A stretch of 32,000 nucleotides of DNA from Halorhodospira halophila SL1 (GTDB lineage: Bacteria > Pseudomonadota > Gammaproteobacteria > Nitrococcales > Halorhodospiraceae), in assembly GCF_000015585.1 (NCBI RefSeq), contig NC_008789.1, forward strand, positions 1,560,001 through 1,592,000, in the 5' to 3' direction. Below are positions 1 to 8,700 of the stretch, one piece after another. Position 1 is the first letter of the stretch; each line of letters starts with the position of its first letter. The position numbers and the translations under genes are program-made. Below the pieces are notes generated by a model that saw only the letters and a program-made list of their open reading frames with translations, was not told the origin of the DNA and searched no databases.

Positions 1-1
1 C

Positions 2-292
2 TCGTCCCTGCTCTATCTCAAGCGCCTACCGATCAACCGGGTCAAGATCGACCGCGGCTTCATCTGGGACATGGGGACGACGCCGGAATCCCGCTCCATC
101 GTCGATACCATCCTGCAGCTGGCCCACGTGCTCGGCCTGGAGGTCGTGGCCGAAGGGGTGGAGACCATCCAGCAACGCGATCAGCTGATCGACGCCGGGT
201 GCCGGGTCGCCCAGGGTTTCCTGTGGGCGCGCCCGGAGCCCCATCCCCACCTGCGCTGCTGCAGCGCGCAAGCGTCCAATGATCCGCCGTAG
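2..292 (+). CDS. EAL-domain (c-di-GMP phosphodiesterase-type) protein, C-terminal fragment; the 5' end lies outside the window
   Basis: The reading frame is open from the window edge. The translation SSLLYLKRLPINRVKIDRGFIWDMG...LGLEVVAEGVETIQQRDQLIDAGCRVAQGFLWARP carries the C-terminal EAL-domain motifs (KIDRxF, AEGVET, QGF/Y). Stop TAG at 290-292. Confidence 0.8.
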   Translation, partial: SSLLYLKRLPINRVKIDRGFIWDMGTTPESRSIVDTILQLAHVLGLEVVAEGVETIQQRDQLIDAGCRVAQGFLWARPEPHPHLRCCSAQASNDPP

Positions 293-296
293 CCCA

Positions 297-647
297 CTAC
301 AGGGTGAGGACGGCGCCCACGGCGACCAGCGCCGCGGCGCCGGCGCTGCCGTAACACGCCCACCAGGTACCCCGTCCGGCCCGGACCCCGAGGTCGCGCA
401 GGGTGTGGTAGATCCGGTGGGCCGCGTGGCAGAGCACCACCCCGAGCCCCAGAGCCACCGCCAGACCCACCACCGGCCGGGCCAGCAGTTCCCGCATCGA
501 CTGGTAGCCCAGCAGCTCGACCCCATGCTCCGCGGCGACGGGCATCACGATGCCGGTCAACAGGATCAGTGCCGGACCAAGCAGCGCCGCCAGCAGCCCC
601 CCGGCGCCGAAGAGCAGCCACAGCGGCGGTTCGTGGGAACGTCTCAT
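297..647 (-). CDS. frdD: Fumarate reductase membrane anchor subunit D
   Basis: 116 aa starting at ATG 647. MRRSHEPPLWLLFGAGGLLAALLGPALILL... and HRIYHTLRDLG align with E. coli FrdD (EPVFWGLFGAGGMW..., HRMHHAMHDL). The start forms an ATGA overlap with the frdC stop (644-647). It is the last gene of the frdABCD order. Confidence 0.85.
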   Translation of the reverse strand: MRRSHEPPLWLLFGAGGLLAALLGPALILLTGIVMPVAAEHGVELLGYQSMRELLARPVVGLAVALGLGVVLCHAAHRIYHTLRDLGVRAGRGTWWACYGSAGAAALVAVGAVLTL

Positions 648-1042
648 CCAGCCCCTCCGAGGATGTAAAGGCAGACGCCACCCGAGAGGACGGCCGAGAG
701 CACCCAGCCGCCCCATACCAGCATTCGGTCCGTGGGCCGGTAGCCGCGCCAGCGCAGGACCGGCAACGTCAGGGGCAGCAGCCGAAACCAGGTGACGGCG
801 TGGAAGATAGCAGCCAGCAGCGCGGCCAGGTGCAGACCGAACAGCCAGGGATGGCCGTGCAGTGCCCGCCACCCCTCGTAGGCTGCTTCTCCGGCAGCCA
901 GGCACAGCACCCCGATCAGCAGCCAGATCGCGTAGAGGGCTAGAAGAACGCTGCTCCCTTCCCGCAACAGGTAGCGGCGGTAGGCCGGGTGCCGCTGCCA
1001 CCAGCCGCGCATGGTCGGGCGGTAAGCGTGCGGCCGACTCAT
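644..1042 (-). CDS. frdC: Fumarate reductase membrane anchor subunit C
   Basis: 132 aa from ATG 1042, an internal Met of track ORF 644..1186. MSRPHAYRPTMRGWWQRHPAYRRYLLREGSSV resembles the E. coli FrdC N-terminus ([29 protein letters not shown]). ATGA overlap with the frdB stop (1039-1042). Confidence 0.85.
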   Translation of the reverse strand: MSRPHAYRPTMRGWWQRHPAYRRYLLREGSSVLLALYAIWLLIGVLCLAAGEAAYEGWRALHGHPWLFGLHLAALLAAIFHAVTWFRLLPLTLPVLRWRGYRPTDRMLVWGGWVLSAVLSGGVCLYILGGAG

Positions 1043-1803
1043 TCCGAGCCCTCCCGCTTGCGGCCGCCCGGGCGCAGCCAGTCGAGCAGATAGCGAGCGC
1101 TGCTCGCGGGCTTGTTCTGATTGATCGCGCGCGCCGGGTCGACCCCCTTGGGACAGACCTCGGAACAGTAGCCAACCAGGGTGCACCCCCAGACACCCTC
1201 CTCGGCATCGACTACCCCCTCTCGGGCCCGACTACCCCCATCCCGATGATCCAGGTTGTACCGCTGCACCAGCGCCAGGATCCCGGGTCCCAGGAAGTCT
1301 GGGTGCCAGCCGTACTGCGGGCAAGCAGCGTAGCAGAGCAGACAGTTGATGCACTGCGCGTAGGCGTAGTAGTCCGACATCTCCTCGGGCGTCTGCCGGT
1401 AAGTCCCGTCAGCGGGGGTCCGGTCGTCAGCCGGGATCAGGTAAGCGCGGGCCGTCTCCAGCTTCTCGAGGAAGTCGGTGTGGTCGATGACCAGGTCCCG
1501 CTGAATGGGGAAATGGTCCAGTGCCGTCACGCGCACCGGCCCCGGCGCGTAATCACGGAGGAAGACGTGGCAGGCCAGCTCAGGCTCGCCGTCGATCATG
1601 CAGCCACAGCTTCCGCAGATCGCCATGCGACACGACCAGCGGAAGGTCAGGGTGCCATCCAGATGGTCCTTGATGTACTGCAGGCCCTCGAGAACGGACA
1701 TATCCGGCGTATACGGCACGGTGTAACGCTGCCAGCGCGGGGCGGCATCCTGCTCCGGGTGGTAGCGTTGCACTTCGAGGGTGATGTGCTGCCACTCGCT
1801 CAC
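1039..1803 (-). CDS. frdB: Fumarate reductase iron-sulfur subunit
   Basis: 254 aa with FrdB/SdhB cysteine clusters: CRMAICGSCG, CINCLLCYAACP, CTLVGYCSEVCPKGVDP. GTG start overlaps the frdA stop (GTGA at 1800-1803). Confidence 0.95.
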   Translation of the reverse strand: MSEWQHITLEVQRYHPEQDAAPRWQRYTVPYTPDMSVLEGLQYIKDHLDGTLTFRWSCRMAICGSCGCMIDGEPELACHVFLRDYAPGPVRVTALDHFPIQRDLVIDHTDFLEKLETARAYLIPADDRTPADGTYRQTPEEMSDYYAYAQCINCLLCYAACPQYGWHPDFLGPGILALVQRYNLDHRDGGSRAREGVVDAEEGVWGCTLVGYCSEVCPKGVDPARAINQNKPASSARYLLDWLRPGGRKREGSE

Positions 1804-3572
1804 GACCGGCCCTCCCCTTCGGCCCCATAGGCCCGTCGCCGCGGCTCGGAACGGGTAATGGTTACCGGCGCGTGATCGATCACCGGCCCAGTCTCACCAC
1901 CCGGGTAAGCAAGGGTGTGGACCAGGAAGCGTTCGTCATCCCGCTCGGTATGGGCGTCATCGCGCACATGGGCGCCACGGGACTCCCTGCGCGCCCGTGC
2001 CGACCAGGCCATCGCCTCGGCGACCTGAAGGCTGTCACGGAACTCCATGGCTGTCAGCCACTCGGTGTTGAACGGCCGGCTGCGGTCGTCCAGCCGAATC
2101 CCGCGGGCCGCGCGCTCGCGGAGCACCGCGAGGGCATGGCAGGCCTGTTCCAGCCCCGTCTCGTTGCGGAAGATCCCGACGCCCTGCTCCATGGCCTGGT
2201 GGAGTCCCGCGCGCAGCACGGCCAGCCGCTCGCCACCGTCGTTGTCCAGCAACGCGAGCCGTGGGGCCAACGCCTCGGCGGCCAACCGCTCCACCACGCG
2301 ATGGGGCCGCCGTGTTGCCGTGCGGGCACGCCGGGCGGCTGCCTGCCCGGCTGCCCGACCGAAGACCAGGAGTTCGGCGAGCGAATTCGACCCGAGGCGA
2401 TTGGCGCCATGGATGCCGGTGCTGGCGCACTCTCCGGCCGCGAACAACCCCGGAAGCGGGGCCGCGCCGTCGGCGTCCGTGGGGATCCCCCCCATGGTGT
2501 AGTGGACCGCAGGACGCACCGGGATCGGGGCCCGGACCGGATCCACCCCGGCATAGCGGCGAGCCACTTCGGTGATCATCGGCAGGCGTTCCAGGATGCG
2601 CGCCTCGCCCAGGTGGCGCAGATCGAGCTGCACGACCGTGCCCTGGGGCGTGGAGACCGTGCGACCCGCGCGATCCTCGTACCAGAAGGCCTGGGAGAGC
2701 CGATCCCGCGGGCCCAGCTCCATCGCCTTCGGGCGTGGCCAAGGCTCGGTCGGACCGAGACCGTAATCCTGCAGGTAGCGACGACCATCGCAGTTGGTGA
2801 GGATACCGCCCTCACCGCGGCACCCTTCGGTGATCAGGATACCGCTGCCCGGCAGCGTGGTGGGATGCCACTGCACGAACTCCATATCGCGCAGGGGAAC
2901 CCCTTGGGCGTGCGCCATGGCCATGCCCTCGCCGGTCACGATCCCGGCATTGGTGTTCTGCCCGTAGACCCGCCCGGCCCCGCCAGTGGCTAGAACCACC
3001 GCCGGGGCGCCAAAGCGCACCGGCCGTCCGCTGGCGATCTCCAGCGCCAGCACCCCGCAGACCTCGCCATCATCCACCAGCAGGTCGGAGCAGAAGTACT
3101 CGTCGTAGCGCTGGATGCTCGGATAACGCAGCGAGGTCTGAAAGAGCGTATGCAGCATATGGAACCCGGTCTTATCGGCCGCATACCAGCTGCGCTGGGT
3201 CGTCATGCCGCCGAAGAACCGGACGTGGACCCGGCCATCCTCCTGCCGACTCCAGGGGCACCCCCACTGCTCGAGCTGGACCATCTCGGCGGTGCACTCG
3301 GCGACGAAGCGCTCGACCACATCCTGATCGCAGAGCCAGTCGCCACCGGCCACGGTGTCGTTGAAGTGACCCTCCAGACTGTCGTCCTCGCGGGCCACGC
3401 CGGCAGCCCCACCCTCCGCCGCCACCGTATGGCTGCGCATGGGCACCACCTTGGAGACCAGGGCGATGCGCAGCCCGGGATCCTGTTCCGCCGCGGCGAT
3501 GGCGGCGCGCAGCCCGGCACCGCCCCCGCCAACGACAACCAGGTCGCAATCGATCGATTCTATCGTCTCCAA
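1800..3572 (-). CDS. frdA: Fumarate reductase flavoprotein subunit
   Basis: 590 aa. It has an FAD-binding N-terminus (DLVVVGGGGAGLRAAIAA), the RSHTVAAEGG covalent-FAD histidine motif, and GECASTGIHGANRLGSNSLAELLVFG. The start codon is TTG (3572-3570), preceded by AGGAGG with a 4-nt spacer. Confidence 0.95.
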   Translation of the reverse strand: METIESIDCDLVVVGGGGAGLRAAIAAAEQDPGLRIALVSKVVPMRSHTVAAEGGAAGVAREDDSLEGHFNDTVAGGDWLCDQDVVERFVAECTAEMVQLEQWGCPWSRQEDGRVHVRFFGGMTTQRSWYAADKTGFHMLHTLFQTSLRYPSIQRYDEYFCSDLLVDDGEVCGVLALEIASGRPVRFGAPAVVLATGGAGRVYGQNTNAGIVTGEGMAMAHAQGVPLRDMEFVQWHPTTLPGSGILITEGCRGEGGILTNCDGRRYLQDYGLGPTEPWPRPKAMELGPRDRLSQAFWYEDRAGRTVSTPQGTVVQLDLRHLGEARILERLPMITEVARRYAGVDPVRAPIPVRPAVHYTMGGIPTDADGAAPLPGLFAAGECASTGIHGANRLGSNSLAELLVFGRAAGQAAARRARTATRRPHRVVERLAAEALAPRLALLDNDGGERLAVLRAGLHQAMEQGVGIFRNETGLEQACHALAVLRERAARGIRLDDRSRPFNTEWLTAMEFRDSLQVAEAMAWSARARRESRGAHVRDDAHTERDDERFLVHTLAYPGGETGPVIDHAPVTITRSEPRRRAYGAEGEGRS

Positions 3573-3624
3573 CGCACCTCCTGCGCTCCCGGACCCGCTC
3601 GGCTGTCACCCGCCACGGGCCGAA

Positions 3625-4929
3625 TCACTCTAGGTCCAGCGCCGCCATCTGCACCTTGCCGAGCATCGTATCGGCCTGCCGCCGTTCGGCGTCGGCCTCT
3701 TCGGTACCAAGTTCCTCGGCCAGCTCGGTGAAGAGCTCCGCCAGTTGTTCGAAGTACGGCAGGGCGGCCTCGGCTCCGTCGGCAGCAAGTACCGCCATCG
3801 CCAGGCGCTCCTGGGCCACCCCTAGGGCCCGACGGGCCTGCGGCGTATCGTGCTGCTCGGCGAGAGCCTCGCGGACCTCGAGGGCATGGCGGTAGGTCTC
3901 AACCGTCTCGGCCAGCCCTTCCACCGCCTCCTGCACGGCGCCATAGCGCTCCAGGGCCAGCGCCCAGTCCTGGTAGGCGTCCGCGCTCTGCCGCTCGCGG
4001 ACGATGTCCTCACGCAGTTCAACCACCTGCTGATAGTAGGGTAGCGCCGCCTCGGGCCCTTTCTCGACCAGCACCACCTGGCCGTACCGACCGAGCGCCA
4101 CGCTCCAGTCCCGCAGCGACTGGGCCGTGGCATGCTCGGTGGCCAGGGCCTCGGCCAGATCGCACCACGCCTCGTAGCAGGGCCGGGCGGCACCCGCTCC
4201 GTCGACCTCGAAGATGGCATCACCGAAGCGCTCCAGGGTAATGCCCCAATCGCGCCGCGCAGCATCCCCTCCGACCCCGGCACTGATCGCCGCATCGAGG
4301 AGATCGAGCGCCTCCTGATAGAGCGGCAGTGCCGCCTCGGGGCCCTCCGAGTCGTACACCGCGTCTCCCCGGTCGGCACGCTCGAGGCCGATCTCGAGCA
4401 GCTCCTCCGGATCCATCTCCGCGTCGGCTGCGCCCTCCGCTTCATCCGCGGGATCGCGCTGCTCATCGACGACGACCTCGGGCTCGGGTTCGACGATCAC
4501 CTCGCCGGTGACCGAAGGGAGGGCCTCCTCAGGTTGTTCGGCCTCGATGGACTCCGCTGTCGCCCCTCCGGCATCGGCCTCCGGCGCCGGGCTCTCCAGG
4601 ACCCGCTTGCCCGCGAGCCGGCGCCCCTTGCTACTCCCCGGCTTACCCCGGGTCTTCGCCGCGCCCCCCTGCTCCCCGGAACGGCCCGAGGACGCCGAGG
4701 CGCCTGTGGCTCCTCCACGCTTTTTCCCTGCCTTGCCGGCGCGGCCCGTGCTGGCGCTTCCGCTGCCTCGCTCGCTGGCCTCTTGTCGGTCCTCCTGATA
4801 CCAGCGGCGGATCGTCTTGGCCGCTGGCTCGTAGGTGCGCGCCAGTTCCTGCGGTGTGTGTCCCGCCTCGACCAGTTCGACCAGCTTGCGCCGAAGTTCC
4901 GGCGAGTATTTCGGGCGACCCTCAGCCAT
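3625..4929 (-). CDS. Orphan protein: N-terminal IS3/IS911 OrfA-type helix-turn-helix, charge-segregated low-complexity linker, and five TPR-like repeats of about 47 aa
   Basis: 434 aa. Residues 1-48 (KYSPELRRKLVELVEAGHTPQELARTYEPAAKTIRRWYQE) follow the transposase-8/HTH_Tnp_1 pattern. Residues about 52-110 are G/S/K/R-rich, and residues about 112-188 are E/D/P-rich. Residues about 182-426 carry repeated anchors: GPEAALP-Y, then about 30 aa, then RDW--(A/T)LER(Y/F)G. GGAGGA lies 9 nt upstream of the ATG. Codon bias matches the neighbouring genes. Confidence 0.75.
   Translation of the reverse strand: MAEGRPKYSPELRRKLVELVEAGHTPQELARTYEPAAKTIRRWYQEDRQEASERGSGSASTGRAGKAGKKRGGATGASASSGRSGEQGGAAKTRGKPGSSKGRRLAGKRVLESPAPEADAGGATAESIEAEQPEEALPSVTGEVIVEPEPEVVVDEQRDPADEAEGAADAEMDPEELLEIGLERADRGDAVYDSEGPEAALPLYQEALDLLDAAISAGVGGDAARRDWGITLERFGDAIFEVDGAGAARPCYEAWCDLAEALATEHATAQSLRDWSVALGRYGQVVLVEKGPEAALPYYQQVVELREDIVRERQSADAYQDWALALERYGAVQEAVEGLAETVETYRHALEVREALAEQHDTPQARRALGVAQERLAMAVLAADGAEAALPYFEQLAELFTELAEELGTEEADAERRQADTMLGKVQMAALDLE
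3628..4386 (-). repeat. Degenerate tandem coding repeats (period about 141-150 nt) inside the HTH-TPR gene
   Basis: Protein anchors LERAD(182), LERFG(232), LGRYG(279), LERYG(326), QERLA(373) and MLGKV(422) are spaced 47-50 aa apart. At the DNA level the motif G(C/T)AG-GC-GCCTCGG-(C/T)CC recurs near 3760, 4040 and 4326 on the plus strand. Confidence 0.6.
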
Positions 4930-4980
4930 GCAATGCTTTCCTCCGGATCATGCGGATACGGCGAGTCCGTCGACGGGGTT

Positions 4981-5009
4981 ACTCCAGCCCGTTTTCCCGG
5001 ACGGGTCAA
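4981..5009 (-). promoter_or_regulatory. Candidate sigma70-type promoter for the HTH-TPR gene
   Basis: The minus strand reads TTGACC (5009-5004), a 17-nt spacer, then TGGAGT (4986-4981). The spacer contains the inverted repeat CCCGT/ACGGG. The -10 is weak (3/6), and this is eyeballed only. Confidence 0.25.
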
Positions 5010-5071
5010 GAACCCTAAGATGATAACGCTGGCGCCGCCACGGACCCGACACCCTGGAGACCGGAAACCAC

Positions 5072-5797
5072 ATGCAAGCGCTGCTCTTTGATGTCGACGG
5101 CACCCTGGCCGATACCGAGGGGGCGGGCCATCTACCGGCATTCAACGCCGCCTTCGAGGCCTTCGGCCTACCGCACCGTTGGGATGAGAACACCTACCGC
5201 CGCCTACTCAACGCCGTCCCCGGAGGCCGGGAGCGGCTCGGCGACGCCCTGAGCCAACAGCCGCCTCCCGCCGGGCACGGGGACATCGACGCGCTGGCGC
5301 GGCAACTACACGAGACCAAGAATCGCTTCTATGCCGAGCGTCTGCGCACCGGGTGCATACCACCCCGCCCCGGCATCGAGCGGATCATCGCCGAGGCCCG
5401 GCAACGCGACATCCGCCTCGCCGTGGTCACAACCAGCGCCCGCGCCAACGTCGAGGCCTTGTTCAACGGTGTACTGCCCGCCCCGCTCCAATCGGTCTTC
5501 GAGGTGTACATCTGTGGGGACGACGTAGCCGCCAAGAAGCCCGACCCCGAGGCCTATCTGGCGGCGCTGCGGTCGCTCCGGCTTCCGGCCCGCGCCGCCC
5601 TGGCCGTGGAAGACTCAGTCAATGGGCTGCGCGCTGCGCGTGCGGCGGGCATCCCCACCCTGATCACCCACAACCTCTGGACCCGGGACGACGACTTCAC
5701 CGGGGCCGCGGCAGTCATCGACGACCTGGACCATGGCCCCGAGGGCGTCCCCATGGGAATCGACGACCTGATCGCCGTCCACAGTATGGGCGCTTAG
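5072..5797 (+). CDS. cbbY: HAD-superfamily phosphatase of the CbbY family
   Basis: 241 aa. MQALLFDVDGTLADTE (the DxDGT HAD motif I), AFNAAFEAFGL..W, LAVVTTS, AKKPDPEAY and VEDSVNGLRAARAAG align along the full length with Rhodobacter CbbY as I remember it. Confidence 0.8.
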   Translation: MQALLFDVDGTLADTEGAGHLPAFNAAFEAFGLPHRWDENTYRRLLNAVPGGRERLGDALSQQPPPAGHGDIDALARQLHETKNRFYAERLRTGCIPPRPGIERIIAEARQRDIRLAVVTTSARANVEALFNGVLPAPLQSVFEVYICGDDVAAKKPDPEAYLAALRSLRLPARAALAVEDSVNGLRAARAAGIPTLITHNLWTRDDDFTGAAAVIDDLDHGPEGVPMGIDDLIAVHSMGA

Positions 5798-8700
5798 CGG
5801 GGGTACTCGACCCCGACCCGTCCGTCGACCACGGCCTCGAGCCGCTTGATCAGCTCATCGCTGGGCGTCACCGTCCAGTTGCGACCGAAGACGACCCGCC
5901 CGCGGGCCCGCGGATGACGGTAATCGACGTGGACCGGGCTGTCCCCGGCGTGGCTGCTGAGCAACTGGCGCAGTTGCGGCACCAGCCCGTTGGCAGCGTG
6001 CGCTGCGCTCACCGGGATCACCAACCGTCCGGCCGCCCGTTCCCGTGCCTGGGCAATGTCCAGCACCTCCTCCCCGGTGATCCGGTAGCCGCCGCTGAAG
6101 TCGTCGTAATCCAGCGTTCCGCGAACCACCAGTAGCGCGTCCTTCTCCAAGGCGTGGCGATTCTTGCTGAACGCCTCCGGGAACAGCACCACCTCGATCC
6201 GGCCGGTCCGGTCGTCCAGAGTCAGGGTCGCCAGGCGGCCCCCGGTGGAAGTGCTCCGCACGCGCAACGCCACCACCAGCCCGGCAGCCGTCACCGACCG
6301 CCCCCGACCGCCGTTCCCATCCCCGCCACTACCGCCGGCGCCGCTGGCCAGACGTTGCAAGCGATCGGTGGCCAGGTAAGGGAGTTCGTGCTCGTAGCGG
6401 TCGATCGGGTGGCCGGTGAGAAAGAGGCCGAGGGTGGCCTTCTCGGCGGCCAGGCGCTCCTCCTCGGGCCACTCGGGCTCCTCGGCGACTTCCTCCCCGG
6501 CCCCGCCTGGGGCGATCACCGCCTCGGCGGGACCACCGAACAGGTCGGTCTGCCCGGCCGCCTGATCCCGCGTCACCTGCTCGGCAGCAGCCAGCGCGGC
6601 CGGGATCTGCGCCATCCCGGTGGCGCGGTTGGGGACCAGACTGTCGAGGCTCCCGGAACGGCACAGGGCCTCCAGCACCCGGCGGTTGGCGCGCCCGGTG
6701 TCCACCCGCCGGCACAGGTCGAAGACATCGCCGAAGGGGCCATGGGCATCGCGCTCGCCGAGCACCGCATCGAGCGCCGACTCCCCGACCCCCTTGATGG
6801 CCCCCAGACCGTAGACGATGGTCCGCTCGTCCACCGCCCGGAACGGCTTGTCACTGCGATTGACATCCGGCGGCAGCACCTCGAGCCCCATGGCCCGGGC
6901 CTCGTCGAGAAAGATCACCACCTTGTCGGTGTTGTCCATGTCCGAGGACAGCACCGAGGCCATGAACGGCGCGGGAAAGTGGCACTTGAGCCACGCCGTC
7001 TGATAGGAGAGCAGCGCATAGGCCGCCGAGTGCGACTTGTTGAAGCCGTAGCCGGCGAACTTCTCCATCAGGTCGAAGATGCCGGTGGCGTGACCCTCGG
7101 AGAGGCCGCGGGCCTGGGCCCCCTCGAGGAATTTGGCCCGTTGTTTGGCCATCTCCTCGGGCTTCTTCTTGCCCATGGCGCGGCGAAGCAGGTCCGCCTC
7201 CCCCAGGCTGTAGCCAGCGAGGACCTGGGCAATCCGCTGCACCTGCTCCTGGTAGAGGATGACGCCGTAGGTGGGCTGGAGCACCGGCATCAGATCCGGG
7301 TGGTGCAGTTCCCGGGTCGGGTAGCCGGCCACCGCCGAGCGGCCGTGCTTGCGCTCGACAAAGTCATCCACCATACCCGACTGCAGCGGCCCGGGCCGGA
7401 ACAGCGCCACCAGGGCGACGATATCCTCGAAGCTGTCGGGCTGGAGCCGCTTGATCAGCTCCTTCATGCCGCGGGATTCCAGCTGGAAGACGGCGGTCGT
7501 GGCGCAGCGCTTGAGCAGATCGAAGGTGGCACTGTCATCCAGCGGGATCCCGTCGATATCCAGCGCCCGCTCACCGCGCTGCTCGAGGATGCGATTCACC
7601 GCCTGCACGGTCCAGTCGATGATGGTCAGCGTGCGCAGACCGAGGAAGTCGAACTTGACCAGGCCCACCGCCTCGACGTCGTCCTTGTCGAAGTGGGTGG
7701 CCACCTTCCAGGCTTCGGCGTCTTCGCGCTCCTCCGGATCCCGGTAGAGGGGCGAGAAATCGGTCAGATCCGTGGGGGCGATCACCACACCGCCGGCGTG
7801 CTTACCGACGTTGCGCGCCATCCCCTCGAGGCTGCGCGCGGTATCGATCAACTCGCGGATGTTCTCGTCGTTGTCGTACTCGGCGCGCAGGTCCTCTTCC
7901 TGCTCCAACGCCTTATCCAGCGTCATGCCGATCTCGAAGGGGATCAGCTTGGCGATCCGGTCCATGTAACCGAAGGCGTGACCGTAGACGCGCCCCACGT
8001 CGCGGACCACGGCCCGCGCCGCCATGGTGCCGTGGGTCGCGATCTGTGAGACCTTCTCGGCGCCGTAACGATCCGAGACGTACTCGATGACCTCGTCGCG
8101 GCGCTCCATGCAGAAGTCCACGTCGAAGTCGGGCATGGACACCCGCTCGGGGTTCAAGAAACGCTCGAAGAGCAGATCGTAGCGCAGGGGATCGAGGTTG
8201 GTGATCCCCAAGGCGTAGGCGACCAGTGAGCCCGCCCCGGAACCGCGCCCCGGCCCCACCGGGATGTGGTTATCCCGCGCCCAGCGAATGAAGTCAGCCA
8301 CAATGAGGAAGTACCCCGGGAACCCCATCTGCTCAATGACCGCCAGCTCGTGATCGAGCCGCCGATGATAGGTCGCCTCCACCTCGTCGGCGTCTTCATC
8401 CTCCGCCAGACCGCGCTGCTCGAGCCGCTGTGTCAGGCCACGCTCGGACTCGGCGCGCAGGAACGAGGCGACCGTGTGCCCCTCGGGGACCGGAAAGTCC
8501 GGGAGGTAGTTGGTGTCGAGCTCCAGGTCGACGCTGCAGCGCTCGGCAATGCGGACGCTAGTCTCTAGCGCCTCCGGCAGGTCGGAGAAACGCTCAGCCA
8601 TGTCCGCCGCATCAGCGAAGTACTGCTGCTCGGTGTAGTGGCGCGGCCGGTTGGGATCGTCCAGCGTGCGCCCCTGATGGATACAGACGCGCACCTCGTG

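Noticed and set aside
3573-3720. I looked for an FNR/CRP-type box (TTGAT-N4-ATCAA) upstream of frdA, as in the E. coli frd promoter.
   Set aside because: I saw no match by eye, either in the 52-nt gap or in the adjacent 3' end of the upstream gene. The absence is recorded but is not by itself evidence of anything.
3625-4929. A possible IS3-family insertion sequence, because of the OrfA-like HTH N-terminus.
   Set aside because: There is no DDE transposase ORF, no A6G/A7-type frameshift site, and no terminal inverted repeats or target duplications flanking it. The remainder of the ORF is a TPR-like repeat protein. I call it a host gene with a transposase-type HTH.
6154-8049. A 631-aa ORF on the plus strand, antisense to dnaE. 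Similar long antisense or alternate-frame ORFs occur at 8788-10245, 10398-12065, 12373-13620, 13870-14703, 14831-15895, 20580-21512, 21425-22465, 23207-24715, 24731-25555, 26984-27886, 29931-30992 and 30176-31324.
   Set aside because: Each lies opposite or out of frame to a gene with unmistakable full-length homology. Their translations are R/G/P/A/H-rich low-complexity sequence with no recognisable motifs. Long stop-free shadow frames are expected in DNA this GC-rich.
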